Of a DNA stretch of 64,000 bases, positions 1 to 11,819 are shown in pieces. A program made the translations under genes and the position numbers. Each line of letters begins with the position of its first letter. Position 1 is the first letter of the stretch. Below the pieces are notes generated by a model. That model had not been told where the DNA came from, ran no database searches, and saw only the letters and a program-made list of their open reading frames with translations. Source of the stretch: Chiloscyllium plagiosum (Eukaryota); contig NC_057718.1 in NCBI RefSeq assembly GCF_004010195.1, positions 78,604,935 through 78,668,934 on the forward strand. The letters are read 5' to 3'.

Positions 1-590
1 AACCATGAGCTTGCTGGTGGGTTTGAGATCTTGGATATCAAATACTCTCTGTTCCCCAGGTGTCCAAAATATATTGGCACATTGGAGTCACTTTTGGATC
101 TCATTGTCAATGTCTGCTCACACTAAGAGGTTTAGGGAAATGATTCATGTTGCCAGGGTCTTGCTGGAGACATTGATGGTTAAGGTGTAGTGTTGTGTGG
201 CAGGAATGCACTATTAGAGAACCTTTGTTTTCTGAACAATTAGTATGAGACTCATCTTACCATCTTCCTCGGTGAACGTGGAGAAAAGCATTGGTGAGAT
301 GATACAGTCCTGCTTGACCCCAGTTTGCACTGGTATTGGATCTGTGATGGATACATTGGTGAGAATCACAGCTTGCATGTCATCACGAAGCAGGTGGAGA
401 ATAGCTACAAATTTCTGTGGGCAGACAAATTTAAGGAGGCTATTCCACAAACCCTCACAGTTGACAGATTCAAAGGCCTTTGTGTCTATCGAAGAAGGCC
501 ATATATGGAGGTTGGTGCTATTCTGCGCTTTTTCTTAGATTTGTCACGCATTGAAAACCATGCCTCTTGATGAACAGAAGCTGTATTGAG
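1..590 (-). mobile_element. RTE-clade LINE reverse transcriptase fragment (degenerate)
   Basis: ORF 214-450 LLKFVCPQKFVAILHLL..DMQAVIL...PIPVQTGVKQDCIISPMLFS resembles the RTE RT region (GCP.KF...GVKQGC.L.P.LF). Confidence 0.75.
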
Positions 591-654
591 AATCTGAGGT
601 GACAGTTGAAGAGGATTCTTGCAGTGACCTTCACTTTGGTGGACAGTCCAGAAA

Positions 655-970
655 TAGATTAGCTAGGTGACCCGATTGTGATGCAAAGTGATGCCAACAG
701 CGTGGGTTCAATTCCTGCATCAGCTGTGGTTACCATGTAGACCTTGCCTTCTCAACCTTACACCTTTTGCCTGAGGAGAAAGTGAGGTCTGCAGATGCTG
801 GAGATCAAAGTTGAAACTTTATTGCTGGAACAGCACAGCAGGTCAGGCAGCATCCAGGGAACAGGAGATTCGACGTTTCGGGCACAGGCCCTTCTTCAGG
901 GCCTTTTGCCTGAGGCATGGTGAGCCTCAAGCTAAACTCCCCAGCAGTCATCTCTCTCCAAATAGAGAAC
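655..970 (+). mobile_element. tRNA-derived SINE interrupted by a Penelope-like terminus
   Basis: B-box-like gggttcaattcc at about 704-714. The body is split by the insert at 777-901. Confidence 0.55.
777..901 (-). mobile_element. Penelope-like terminal fragment (family A) with hammerhead core; 14 bp TSD
   Basis: ccttttgcctgagg duplicated at 763-776 and 902-915. Minus strand reads CTGAAGA-A-GGGC-ctgt-GCCC-GAAA-cgtc. Confidence 0.8.
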
Positions 971-999
971 TACTTAGAAAAAGAGAGCGTCCCGAAGAC

Positions 1000-2150
1000 A
1001 GTCAGCACCTCTTAATCAATAGTCTGCTCAAAGACACCCTGTCTGGGTTGCCAGGGCCCCCCAATTCCTGACTTCATTGCAGCCTTGGTCAAACATGGAT
1101 GAAAGAAATGAATTCCAGAGGCGCTGTGACAGTGATTGTCCTTGACATCAAGGCTGCATTTGACCTCGTGTGGCATCAAGGACCCCGAGAAAAGTTGGAG
1201 TTAATGAGAATCAGGAGAAAATCTCTCCACTGGTTGAAGTCATACCTGGCATAAAGAAAGATGGTTTTGGTTGTTGGAGGTCGGCATCTCAGCTGCAGGA
1301 TATCGCTGAAGAAATCCCTCAGGATTATGTCCTAGGGCACAACCACCTTCAGCCACTTCAAAATGACTTTCCCTCCACAATAACGTCAAAAGTGGGGATG
1401 TCTTCTGATGTAGAGCATGTTTCATGACTCAGATACTGAAGCAGTTTGGGCCCAAATGCAATAAGACCATTAATAATATCCAAGGTTGGGCTGAAAAGTG
1501 ATAAGTAACATTTGCACCACACAAATACCTGACAATAATCATCTAACAAACTAACCATTGTACCTAACATTCAATGGCATAACCATCACTTAATCTCCCA
1601 TTATCAAATTTGTGGCTACCTTTGCACAAAAATTGAGCTGAACAAGTTATATAAATACAATATCTGCATGTTAATGAGATGTTAGGAATCTTGCAACAAG
1701 TAACTCACCTGACTCACCAAAGCCTGTCCACATCAACAAGGCACAAGTCAAGAGCGTGATGGAATACTCTCCATTGCTTGGATGAGTGCAACTCCAAGAA
1801 CACTCATGAAACTTGACACCATCCAGGATAAAAATGTTTGCATGATTGGCGCTGCATCCACAAACATCCAATCCTCCCACCATTTGGCGCTCAATCGTAG
1901 CAGCAGTGTATACCAGAAATTCACCAAAGGTCATTAAGCCGAACATTTTAAACACATAACCACCTGCTTCTAGAGGAACAAGGGCAGCAGATACATGGGA
2001 ACAAGTTTTCCCATCCCACTCCACCCTAACAAGCAACTAACCATCCAAAATCAGAAATATGATGCTTTCAGGTACATGGGCTGCAGAATATCAATAAGGT
2101 AGGTCATTACCATCTTTTAAAGGGCAACAAATGCTGGCTTAAATGAATAA
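1000..2150 (+). mobile_element. Old CR1/L2-group LINE, RT and 3' part
   Basis: Degenerate LDIKAAFD.VWHQG RT motif at about 1140-1180. Homologous to 33480-35160. Confidence 0.7.
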
Positions 2151-2929
2151 AAAAAGAAGTAATGGTAGTGTCTTTACCCTTGGTCCCAAAGACCTTTGAA
2201 ATATATATATATGCTGCTGTTGTGCTTTCAGGATAACTGGTCAAGCTTTGTCTGCCTTACAGTTGTTTTTATGTATTGAGAGTTCATTTTATATCTGTAG
2301 CAGGGGACCATATTTTCTTCTATTTTGTGAGAGCTCTTTGGTTTTGGGTACTAGCTTACTTTCATCAATATTTTCTGTTGCTGAGTGTTTTCGATGCTTC
2401 TTGCATCACTATATTCATGTGAAATCAGTCGGCTTATATAGACTTTGATGTTGGTCTGCTTTCAATAACACTGTTGTGATTTTGCAACTAAGCATGTCAG
2501 CTACTTGGTTACAAACTTGCAAGTTACTAAATTTCTGAGTTTATACTGATGAAAGTGATACGATCATCTACAGCTGCGTAGTCTCAACATATGATTTAGA
2601 TGAAATAAAAATAACCAAATGAAATATGAAAATGTCAATAATTGTGGCACTCCTTCTTGCAGTATACGGTCACGGTGGTTGTAATATATGAGTTGTGGCA
2701 GCACAGGCACAGTGGGAGAGCTGTGGGATCCCTGCTTGGAGGCTAAAGCATCTACTCAGAACATGACCTTTGATCCTATCTTCCCACCAAATTTAGGTGA
2801 GATAGGCCCAAATCCTCTGAGGCATTTGTCAAAAAAAACACACTGACTGACATTTTTCATGTGTGTCTGCAAATGCAAAAGTTTCAGCACTGTTTATAAT
2901 TTGAAACTTAATGCAGGAACCCAAATATC

Positions 2930-4600
2930 TATTGTAAAAAATATCAGAACACTTGGGAACAATTAATAGGATTATACAAGGTCAGCATGGATTTGTGAAA
3001 GGGAAATCATGCCTAACTAATCTACTGGCATTTTTAGAATGTAATTAGTAAAGTAGATGAGAGGTAATTGGTGGAAATGATGTGTTTAGATTTCAAGAAG
3101 GCTTTTGATAGGATCCCACATAAGAGGATATGGTAGTGGTCAAAATTAAAGTGCATGGCATTGAAAGTAATGTACTGGCAGGGATTGAAAATTGGTTGAT
3201 AGTTCGGAAACAGAGATGGTTCCTTTTCCGGGTGGCAACTGGTGACTAATGGTTTACCCCTGGGATCAGTGCTTGGGCCCCAGATATTCAAGATGTGTTT
3301 AAATGACTTGGATGAGGGAACCAAATGCTATATTTCCAAGTTTGCTGACAGTACAAAACTAAGATGCGCAATCTCAACATTTGAGTTAGATGAAACAAAA
3401 ACACAAAAATCCTAGAGGAAATATGTTGCAAATTTTACAAGGATGTAAATCTTTTACAAAGATTTACAAGGATGTTGCCAGGGTTGGAGGATTTGAGCCA
3501 TAGGGAGAGGTTGATTAGGCTAGGGCTGTTTTCCCTGCAATGTCAGAGGCTGAGGGGTGACATTATAAAGGCATATAAAATTATGAGAGGCATGGATAGG
3601 ATAAATATTCAAAGTCTTTTCCACGGGGTGGGGGAGACCAGAAGTAGAGGTTTAGGGTGAGAGGGGAAAGATATAAAAGAGACCTAAGGGGCAACTGTTT
3701 CATGCAGAGGGTGGTATGTGTATAGAATGAGCTGCCAGAGGAAGTGGTGGAGCCTGGTACAATTGCAGCATTTAAAAGGCATCTGGTTGAGTGTATGAAT
3801 AGGAAGGGTTTAGAGGGATATGGACCAAGTGTTGGCAAATGGGACTGGATTAGGTTGGGATGCCTGGTCAGCATGGATGAGTTGGATTGAAGGGTCTGTT
3901 TTCATGCTGTATATCTCTATGACTCAATGACTCTAAGTGGGACTGTACGTTGTGAGGAGGATGTAAGAAGGCTCCAGCATGACCTAGACAACTTTATTGG
4001 GTGCGCGAACACATAGAAGATACAATATAACATGGGTAAATGTGTGAAAAATAGAAAGGCAGTGTATAAGGAGCAACACTTATATCTGCAGAATTGTTTT
4101 CCATGGTTTCAGTTACCTGCGATTTACAGCAGCCTGAACATAATAGAGAGAATGTTCTGTAGCTGGGGACCGGGGGACTGTTGGGAAGGTAAAATTTCCC
4201 ATTAACTGAATGGGCTCATTTCTATCCTGCGAATTTGGGCTTCTGCAGTAGGTCTTAGATGGGTAAGGGGGGGTGGGGAATAATGTAATTTACATGGTAA
4301 TTGGTAACTATGGCTGCACAAAGGAATCTGTGTGTTCTTGTGTACTAGTCAATGAAAGTCAATAGGCAAGTGCTGCAAGCAATTAGGAAGGTAGATGGTA
4401 TGTTGGCCTTCATTGCAAGAAGATTTGAATTCAGAAGTAGGGATGCCTTACTGCTGTCATATAGTCTTCGTAAGACTGCATCTGGAGTATCGTGTCCACT
4501 TTTGATCTCCCTTATTTAAGTGAAGATACACTTGTCATAGGGGAATGTGGATAGGTTCAGGGGATGGCAGGACTGTCATGAGGAGAGTTTAGTTTGAATG
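2930..4600 (+). mobile_element. CR1 LINE RT fragment with a younger CR1 3' end nested at about 3455-3935
   Basis: QHGFVKGKSCLTNL, DFKKAFD, P.GSVLGP and KFAD motifs. The nested copy ends in a ctctatgact-type microsatellite tail. Confidence 0.85.
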
Positions 4601-5214
4601 GGCCTACAGAAACAGAAACAAAAGTATTTTATAAAATATTGGCTACATTTCCCATCATGCTTCATGTCTACATTTGTCTGTACTGAGCTTTCAACATGCA
4701 TTTACATTTCAGTATTAATCAATTGTCTAACCACACTGTTTAATCAACATTCCAAACTGTTGTTTAGTTTTTTAATGTAAAAGTTTGTAATAGTTCATAT
4801 TAGTTCATGTGCTTTTAAAACCAGTTCAAAGACGACAAAGAACTGAAAGTTTTTCCATTAAATTTTAAATGAATATATAGTGAAGAAAGGCAGTTAGTCA
4901 CTGTTCAATTGCTTCTAATTACAAGGCCATGAATGGCACGTTCAGTACACAGTGGAGGGACCATTGTATCTGACTAACTACTCCTGTTCTGTCTGTGCAC
5001 AGGTGTCCATGGAGAGGGAACATGTGAGTCCATTGGCATATTAGAGGCCTTTAGGGCCGGGAAATTATGTTTTGATTTCAATTTTGTTACAATTTTCAAT
5101 TTCTGCTAACCTCTTGACCTTTTGTAACAGTACCCCATCAGGGACTATCTAAACCATTACTGCGAATTTTCTCTGATCCTGAATGCACATTTATAACGGT
5201 CAGGATTAGTGATG

Positions 5215-5602
5215 ATTCGGAGATGCCGGTGTTGGACTGGGGTGCACAAAGTTAAAAATCACACAACACCAGGTTATAGTCCAACAGGTTTAATTGGAAG
5301 CACTAGCTTTCGGAGCGCCGCTCCTTCATCAGGTGATTGTGGAGGGCTCGATCGTAACACAGAATTTATAGCAAAAATTTTACATTGCACTTTGCTCAAA
5401 AACCACATAGATTCATGTCGAACTCTGAGCTCAAAAACTGCATCAATTTATGTAAAACTCCGTTATCTCACTTTTTAGATTGGAATCAATCTAAACATCA
5501 GGTCATAGACAGAGAACACAGGGGGCTAACACCTTCAACATAAAAGCTAGTGTGCTTCCAATTAAACCTGTTGGACTATAACCTGGTGTTGTGTGATTTT
5601 TA
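5215..5602. mobile_element. Penelope-like (family B) insertion with inverted termini; 13 bp TSD
   Basis: aggattagtgatg at 5202-5214 and 5603-5615. The stretch about 5255-5300 is the reverse complement of about 5555-5600. Confidence 0.8.
5301..5335 (-). ncRNA. Minimal type I hammerhead ribozyme motif (family B), intact
   Basis: cac-CUGAUGA-a-GGAGC-ggc-GCUCC-GAAA-gcUA-gug. Helix I cac/gug, 5 bp helix II, palindromic AGCU in place of helix III. Confidence 0.75.
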
Positions 5603-6181
5603 AGGATTAGTGATGTAATTGTTGAATGAACAAATCCCAACATAGATCTTTTTTGAGATATTGACAAGTTAGATGTCATTTTTATGCTAGTCAGCAAAAG
5701 GTATTAAAGTCTATTTAAAAGCAACTCTGAAACTGCATAAATACAGGTCAATAAGAGGGAACAACATGCTCAAGATAAGAATCCATGATGACCATAGCGC
5801 ACTGCTGATGCAGAAAGTAAAATAAGCTGAGAAAGTTTCTCTGCTGGAAAAGTCAACATCCACAACCTTGCATATCTGGAATTCACTGAACAATTTATGG
5901 AAGATCATGTCTCGCAAAAATAGTTCTTGTCAGTGACTAGACAGCTCACTGCAAACTAAAAGGTGATTGATATTGGAGACAGCCAGAATATAAAGGAGAA
6001 AAGATTTCCTGCAAAATATGAAAACATAGAAGCTATAAGAAGGCTTTGTTTAATAGTTCAAGATATTTAAATTGTCATTAGTAGATATTTAATCTATCAA
6101 AGGAAAATTTTGGGATTTTTCTTTGGGTACAATAATTTTAGAGGTAATTTTGTCAAGTTTTGATTGACCATTCAAAATGGA

Positions 6182-6379
6182 GAAAGTGAGGACTACAGAT
6201 GCTGGAGATCAGAGCTGAAAATGTGTTGCTGGAAAAGCGCAGCAGGTCAGGCAGCATCCAGGGAACAGGAGAATCGACGTTTCGGGCATAAGCCCTTCTT
6301 CAGGCTTATGCCCGAAACGTCGATTCTCCTGTTCCCTGGATGCTGCCTGACCTGCTGCACTTTTCCAGCAACACATTTT
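6182..6379. mobile_element. Penelope-like family A fold-back insertion; 13 bp TSD
   Basis: cattcaaaatgga at 6169-6181 and 6380-6392. 78 bp inverted arms at 6217-6294 and 6303-6380. Confidence 0.85.
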
Positions 6380-6619
6380 CATTCAAAATGGACTCTGATT
6401 GTCAGCTAGCCCCAACCACTATTCATGAAAGACTAAACGTATTCACTGAACCTTGCTGGGTGAAATAAAAAACAGTCTTATTATTAGGGCCGTGCCTTTA
6501 TTCACCAATTCAGAAAAGCAAGGATTGAGAAAAAAAGAGAGCAAAATTTGTATATTTATATATGTTCCTATGATTATGAACAATAACTTAGTGAACAACC
6601 CTCCATTTTGTGTTGCGTT

Positions 6620-7330
6620 ATGCAGCTGCACTTAATGAAATGCCATCTTCAAATGGCCAATTACCATCTTGATGGTGGTCCATACAACCCCTGCCATTTG
6701 ACTGTAGCCTCCTTTGCTTGTATGATAGGCTACAGACACTAGTCAGAAGCCATAACTTCAGTGAGTACCCCATAACTACCAACGTCCAGCCACAAAGGCC
6801 ATGAGTGATTTGAAGAACTGCCACAATTTGAATTATTTAAGATGTAGGAGTCTTCCCATAAACCTTATACACCATCTCTATGATTAACTTATAGGTAACA
6901 TGAGCACTGAAGAGGTGAAAACCCTGCCTGTTCTCAAAAGTGTCAGGCTGCTCTGAGGAAGCTTGATGGCCACATTATCATAATCAGTGATTCTTGCACC
7001 TGATGGAAATGCAGCTATGGCCCCAAAGTTAACCATCTTCTTTGCCTGAGTGGCCTGATCGGTGGTGGACTCATATATTGTTCAGCTAGCACTATGGCAT
7101 CTATAACTTTTATTAATGATGACACATTAACTGAGAGATGCCACGTAGATCTCCAGGTGATCCATGGAATAACCACAAACAAAAAGGCTGTTGTCAATGT
7201 CACTTTTAATGTTACAATTATTGGGTGTCACCTCCTGCTCCAGTATACCACACAGCTCTGCTACCACCTTCTTGGAGAGACACAGACATCACTGACATTG
7301 GTGCTAGGATATCTCAATTAAATTGAGCCT
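6620..7330 (-). mobile_element. Degenerate PIF/Harbinger (HARBI1-like) DDE transposase
   Basis: Frameshifted remnants CLSKKVVAELCGILEQE, LKVTL.TAF, IKVIDAI..A.QYM, GW.L..MGYSLKLWLLT.V and TIKMVIGHLKM, in the order expected for HARBI1-type transposases. Confidence 0.65.
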
Positions 7331-8015
7331 CTAATGGGACAGCATTTGAGTCAAGCAAAGCTTTAGGTTTCACCTTGCTCTCTCCCTGTCCACACTGAAT
7401 GGGTTTGTCAATTCACTGGAGTTCCCTGGCCACTGCATAGCCACTCATCATGTCTACATCCTCATTTCTTCTGTATCACTCTTCACTGGATGAGTTAAGG
7501 TCTGAAGTCACTGAGCCCATGGACAGATGAAGTCCCTTCTTTCTCCCCTAAACTTTGTCCTGCCTCTCATGGTTGTTGTGGACCTGGGAGACACCCTTCC
7601 ACTTTTGCTGCAGCCTTTGTCTTGTTCCAAGCTTGATCATGTCACTTTTTGAAAGCTCAAACAGTAGTTAGCTTCACGGTATGGCTGCTGGTTTTTTCCA
7701 TAACTCATCTGCCAACCAAATCTCACTTTATTTCAATAGCTCAGGTTGTGAATTTGCCATTGTGTTGTGGTAAAATTGACAAAAGGCTGGAATACACCTG
7801 ACAATTTCCTTTTGAATGGCCTTGTTAACCATCTGCCTCTGATTTGCCTAATGTCTGCATTCAGTCAAGTTGGTTACCACTGGCAAAGTTTTGCAATTTT
7901 GCAAATAATTTCAATGTTAACGGTTGAATGACAAAATAAATCATTGTTCACACAGCAGGAAAGATTAACAATTTAATTCAGCCTCTCGTGATGGTGTCAG
8001 CAACAATTTTTAAAG

Positions 8016-8154
8016 TTAAGTGACTATCATCTGATGAAGGAGCGACGCTCCGAAAGCGAGTGTGCTTCCAATTAAACCTGTTGGACTATAACCTGGTGTT
8101 GTGTGATTTTTAACTTTGTACACCCCAGTCCAACACCGGCATCTCCAAATCATG
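8016..8154 (+). mobile_element. Penelope-like family B terminus with mutated hammerhead, just downstream of the plg stop
   Basis: CTGATGA-a-GGAGC-gac-GCTCC-GAAA-gcGA at 8031-8059, with the cleavage triplet changed from CUA to CGA. Imperfect acaatttt.aaagt TSD. Confidence 0.75.
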
Positions 8155-8211
8155 ACAATTTTAAAAAGTCTTCTCAATGAAATGAAAACAATAATTGTGT
8201 CAGAGAAGGAA

Positions 8212-8217
8212 TTTAAT
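8212..8217 (-). terminator. Candidate polyadenylation signal (ATTAAA) of plg
   Basis: ATTAAA hexamer about 77 nt after the stop, followed by T-rich sequence on the minus strand. An AATAAA also occurs at 7727-7732. Confidence 0.4.
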
Positions 8218-8293
8218 CGTTCACAGGTGGAATTTACAATCAGAATGCACTGGAAACACGCAATTTTGATTATTGCAGTCAGCTAAGTGTATC

Positions 8294-8458
8294 TTAACCA
8301 CCTCCTATAACTTTTTGAATCCAGTTAACAAAATGCGAAACTCGAACGTAAACTCCTGGCTTCATTTGTCTTGCACAACCAAGCCCCCAAGATGTTACTC
8401 CTTGGAGAACATATTGGCCCTTGGAGTTTGGACATACCAAAGGACCTCCACTGTCACC
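8294..8458 (-). CDS. plg: Plasminogen last coding exon (19-equivalent), catalytic Ser ([54 protein letters not shown])
   Basis: GDSGGP and [22 protein letters not shown] motifs. ctttcag acceptor, TAA stop at 8296-8294. Confidence 0.97.
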   Translation of the reverse strand, partial: GDSGGPLVCPNSKGQYVLQGVTSWGLGCARQMKPGVYVRVSHFVNWIQKVIGGG

Positions 8459-8956
8459 CTGAAAGAAAAGCACAATCAAGGGATCAATGACAACAATGGA
8501 GACGTCCTCGTTTAAATCTATTTGTAGCACTAATACAGATAAATGGCTGATAGGCTTTTGGCTTGACGAATAAAAGTCATCTCTGTTTACAAATTTTTAA
8601 AAAGTTGAGTGTTGGGCAGTTATCAATTGATTTTTTTATTTTTGCACTGTGGGCATTATTACTTAACCCCTGCTTGCCCAGGCAAGTGCTGCCTTTATGC
8701 ATGACAACTGAGTAAATTACAACAGTAAAGAACCATACTTGTTGATGTGATTACAACAATCCAACAATTCCAGAGTTTTAAAAGTTAAATTCAAATTTTA
8801 AAACTGCCACAGTAAGATTGAAACCCCTATTTACTGGACTGTTGGGGACTCTGTTTCTAGCTTGCTGTGATCCCACCTTCCTATTATTGCATATCATTCT
8901 GACATATGTTTGGGGTAAGTGCTCATTGAGTCCGGATATTAAAGTTTTTCACACAA

Positions 8957-11346
8957 GGGCTGGTGAGTTTTCTCACTATATCTTACCACACTTGCCTTAT
9001 TAACTAACTGTCCCACCCTCTCTAGCAACCCCTTGTTTGATTCTAGCCCTACCTTACCAAGCATTGTTCCTTGAAGAATTTGCCACTGCCAGGATATTGT
9101 GGAATTGACTGACATCTCTGGTGCATCTTTAAAAGGCTGTAGTGCACCTAAACAGGTACTGTCAGTCAAAGCTGGCTTGCAATGTTCTTGACATAAATCC
9201 TGAACATGGCAGGCAAAGGAAATTTCACATACAGCTTTTTGGGCAGGGACCTGGAGGTTCTGTTGGATGAAGTGGTGCAAAGGTGGGACATTCTCTTCCC
9301 CCAGGACCAGCCGAGGAGCCATGATAACAACCAATGTGAGCTCTGGTCCAACTTTGCCACTCAGCTCAACGCAGTCTCAGCAATCTGAAGGAATGCACAG
9401 CAAGGTGAGAAGAAATGTAGTTACTTTCTCCACTCCTCCAGGAGAAGTACCTTCATTTTCTCTCTGACACCTTACACTGAATCTACCTTTCTACTCTACC
9501 CACCTCCCACCAAGCTCTTGTTCAACCACTCTCACAATTGTCTGCAATATCTTGCTTCACCAAACCTCAGCACCACTAACCCTACTTCTCACTGAGCTGC
9601 CTACTCACTTGCTTGGTACACCTCCTCACCTGCCGTAACAGTTGTAGCACATGCTTCTTTTTCATTTCAGGAGGAAAACAGCCCACATTTGGGCAAGAAG
9701 AGCCAAGGTAGGTAGTGGGCTGCCTGATATTTGGCTTCTCACAATGCGTGTGGAAAGCATCCTGACTCTGACCATACTGAATGGCTAATGGATCATGTCC
9801 AAGCCCCTGAACTGGTATTCGAGTCTGCCATTGACTTACTGAGCCTGAATTCCCTGAGAGCAGGCTACCACCCTTGACTTGATCGAGGACTACTGATAAC
9901 CATGTCAGGGTTTTCTGTCTTTATGTCTGTGTTCAGCTGCAAGGCAATACAGCAGTACTATGAGCCTACAATCTCTGGCTGAAGGGGTGAAGTGTACAAA
10001 GGCAAGGTAATATGAGACAGGAATGCTGTAATCACACAGATGATCATTCAGTGAAATGATAGCAAGTGAATAGCCTGCCATGCAGATTTGTCCAGTCCAT
10101 GAGATGGGTGAGTGTCCCTGAGCACTCATATCCATTGCAATTATACTTACTGATGCAGCTTTGAAGTACAGGCATGTACTGTAAGTGCATCAGAGATGGT
10201 CAATATGGACATCCTTTGGAGCATGTGGTAAGCTGAAGTCACCAGAAATCCATTCTGACTTACCTGTTGAGAGTTCTCAATGTCTATCTTGTTCGGTGTG
10301 TTTGGTAAGATAGGACGCTGAATGTTAATAAGGTGAACTGTGGTCTTAATAAAGTGTTCAACAATATAATAATCCTCCGTACTTAGCAACTGCCTAATGA
10401 AACAAATCACTATACTGCTCAGCAGATACACACAAGATGGAGTGAGTTTATGAGATAGACGTCACCAGACTTCTCATATAATTCTACCACAAATGTTTTC
10501 ATAGCCCAAGATGTTCATGCCCCGTAAGATTCTGCCTTGTTTTATAAACTGGAGTGTGCTAAGTAGCAACCACGCTAGCCCCACTGATAAGATATCTCTC
10601 CTGATCACCTGTCAATCAGTTCATGAAGAGCTGGAAGGAAGTCAGAATGACTATTGCAGGCCTTGTCACTGTGAAGCTGCCAGCCAATAACAGGTTGGCA
10701 GCTTCTGGGCCGTAAAGGGTGTTTGAGGCCTATTCCTTGGGTTCTATTGAGGTGAGAAGGTAAGTTTTCTTGTGGGAAGAGAAGGCTCAGTGGGGTTGGC
10801 GGGTAGGGCAAAGGATAACTTTCAGTGGATATCCTCACACCCCCACTACTTGTGCCTCAATTTGACGCCAGATTCAGGCAATTAGAGACCCCTCCTAAAC
10901 TGGCAGTTGGATCACCATGGTTTTCTGGTCAGGGAAATGAACCACCTTTCTCATCCATCTGGGAGGCCGATGAGAGAGACATATCAATTTGATGCCTTAA
11001 ATGACCACTTAAGGGCCTCAATGCCGGCGAGTCAAAGTCCTAGTTAGCTTTCTTATTCCAGCAGGTGGAAGTGAGGACTGCAGATGTTGGAGATTAGAGT
11101 CGAGAGTGTGGTGCTGGAAAAGCACAGCAGGTCAGGCAGCATCTGAGGAGCAAAAGCCCGAAATGTCGACTCTCCTGCTTCTCGGATGCTACCTGACCTG
11201 CTGTGCTTTTTCAGCACTACATTCTCATTTCTTATTCCAGCACTCAATTGCTGAGGGGCAAGAAGTAAATCAGGTCTAAATGGTCCCATTTATTCTCCTT
11301 TTTGACATCTCTCTTGCTACTTCTGAGGTAAGGGAAAATCATTGCC
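8957..11346 (+). mobile_element. Degenerate PIF/Harbinger-type element carrying a Myb/SANT-like gene remnant (9206-9440, second exon near 9671-9740)
   Basis: F..RDLEVLLDEVVQRWDILFP...W..FA..LNAVS...RNAQQ..KK resembles the Myb/SANT-like domain of Harbinger ORF2. Imperfect gggc...ttttc termini; ends uncertain. Confidence 0.55.
11064..11227. mobile_element. Penelope-like family A fold-back insertion; 15 bp TSD
   Basis: tttcttattccagca at 11049-11063 and 11228-11242. Inverted halves present; hammerhead partly deleted. Confidence 0.8.
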
Positions 11347-11819
11347 CTAGAATGGTTTCAACATGCAAGGAAGTTACAGCCTTTTGAGTTCATTGCAAGA
11401 AATGTTAACTAGTTCCACTTGCCTGATCTTTTCCTGCAGGCATGCAGTTTTTTTTTCCCTCTTCAGGCATTTATCCAAATCTTTATTGGTGACAATTCTG
11501 CTTAGGTCAAGCTGTTTTGAAACAGTGTCAAATAACATCTACACTGTAGCTGCACCTTCTTAAAAAGATTTGACAACCCCTTTGGTCATCCCTCTTCCCT
11601 CCCTCCCTCCTTTCCGTGCTTGCAGTCAGTTTTCTCTACATCCAGTTCTTAGAATTCTTAGGACATTATCAGATTATAACCAGTCTTTTTTTTAACTGCA
11701 CATGGTGGTAGTGACTGTTCTGTTCTTCTCCTCTAGAGCCACATTTCATTTCTTCTATCTGTCCCATTTGCATCCTTTTGTCTTGTACCAGCACCCCTCT
11801 TGCCATTCACCCCACCTCA

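Noticed and set aside
5711..5917. 68 aa ORF in apparently unique sequence downstream of plg
   Set aside because: No recognisable domain or convincing splice sites; the length is within chance expectation.
9206..9440. Domesticated MSANTD-like host gene nested in the last intron
   Set aside because: There is an in-frame stop at 9386-9388, a degenerate second exon and a second decayed copy near 26040, so it is a transposon remnant.
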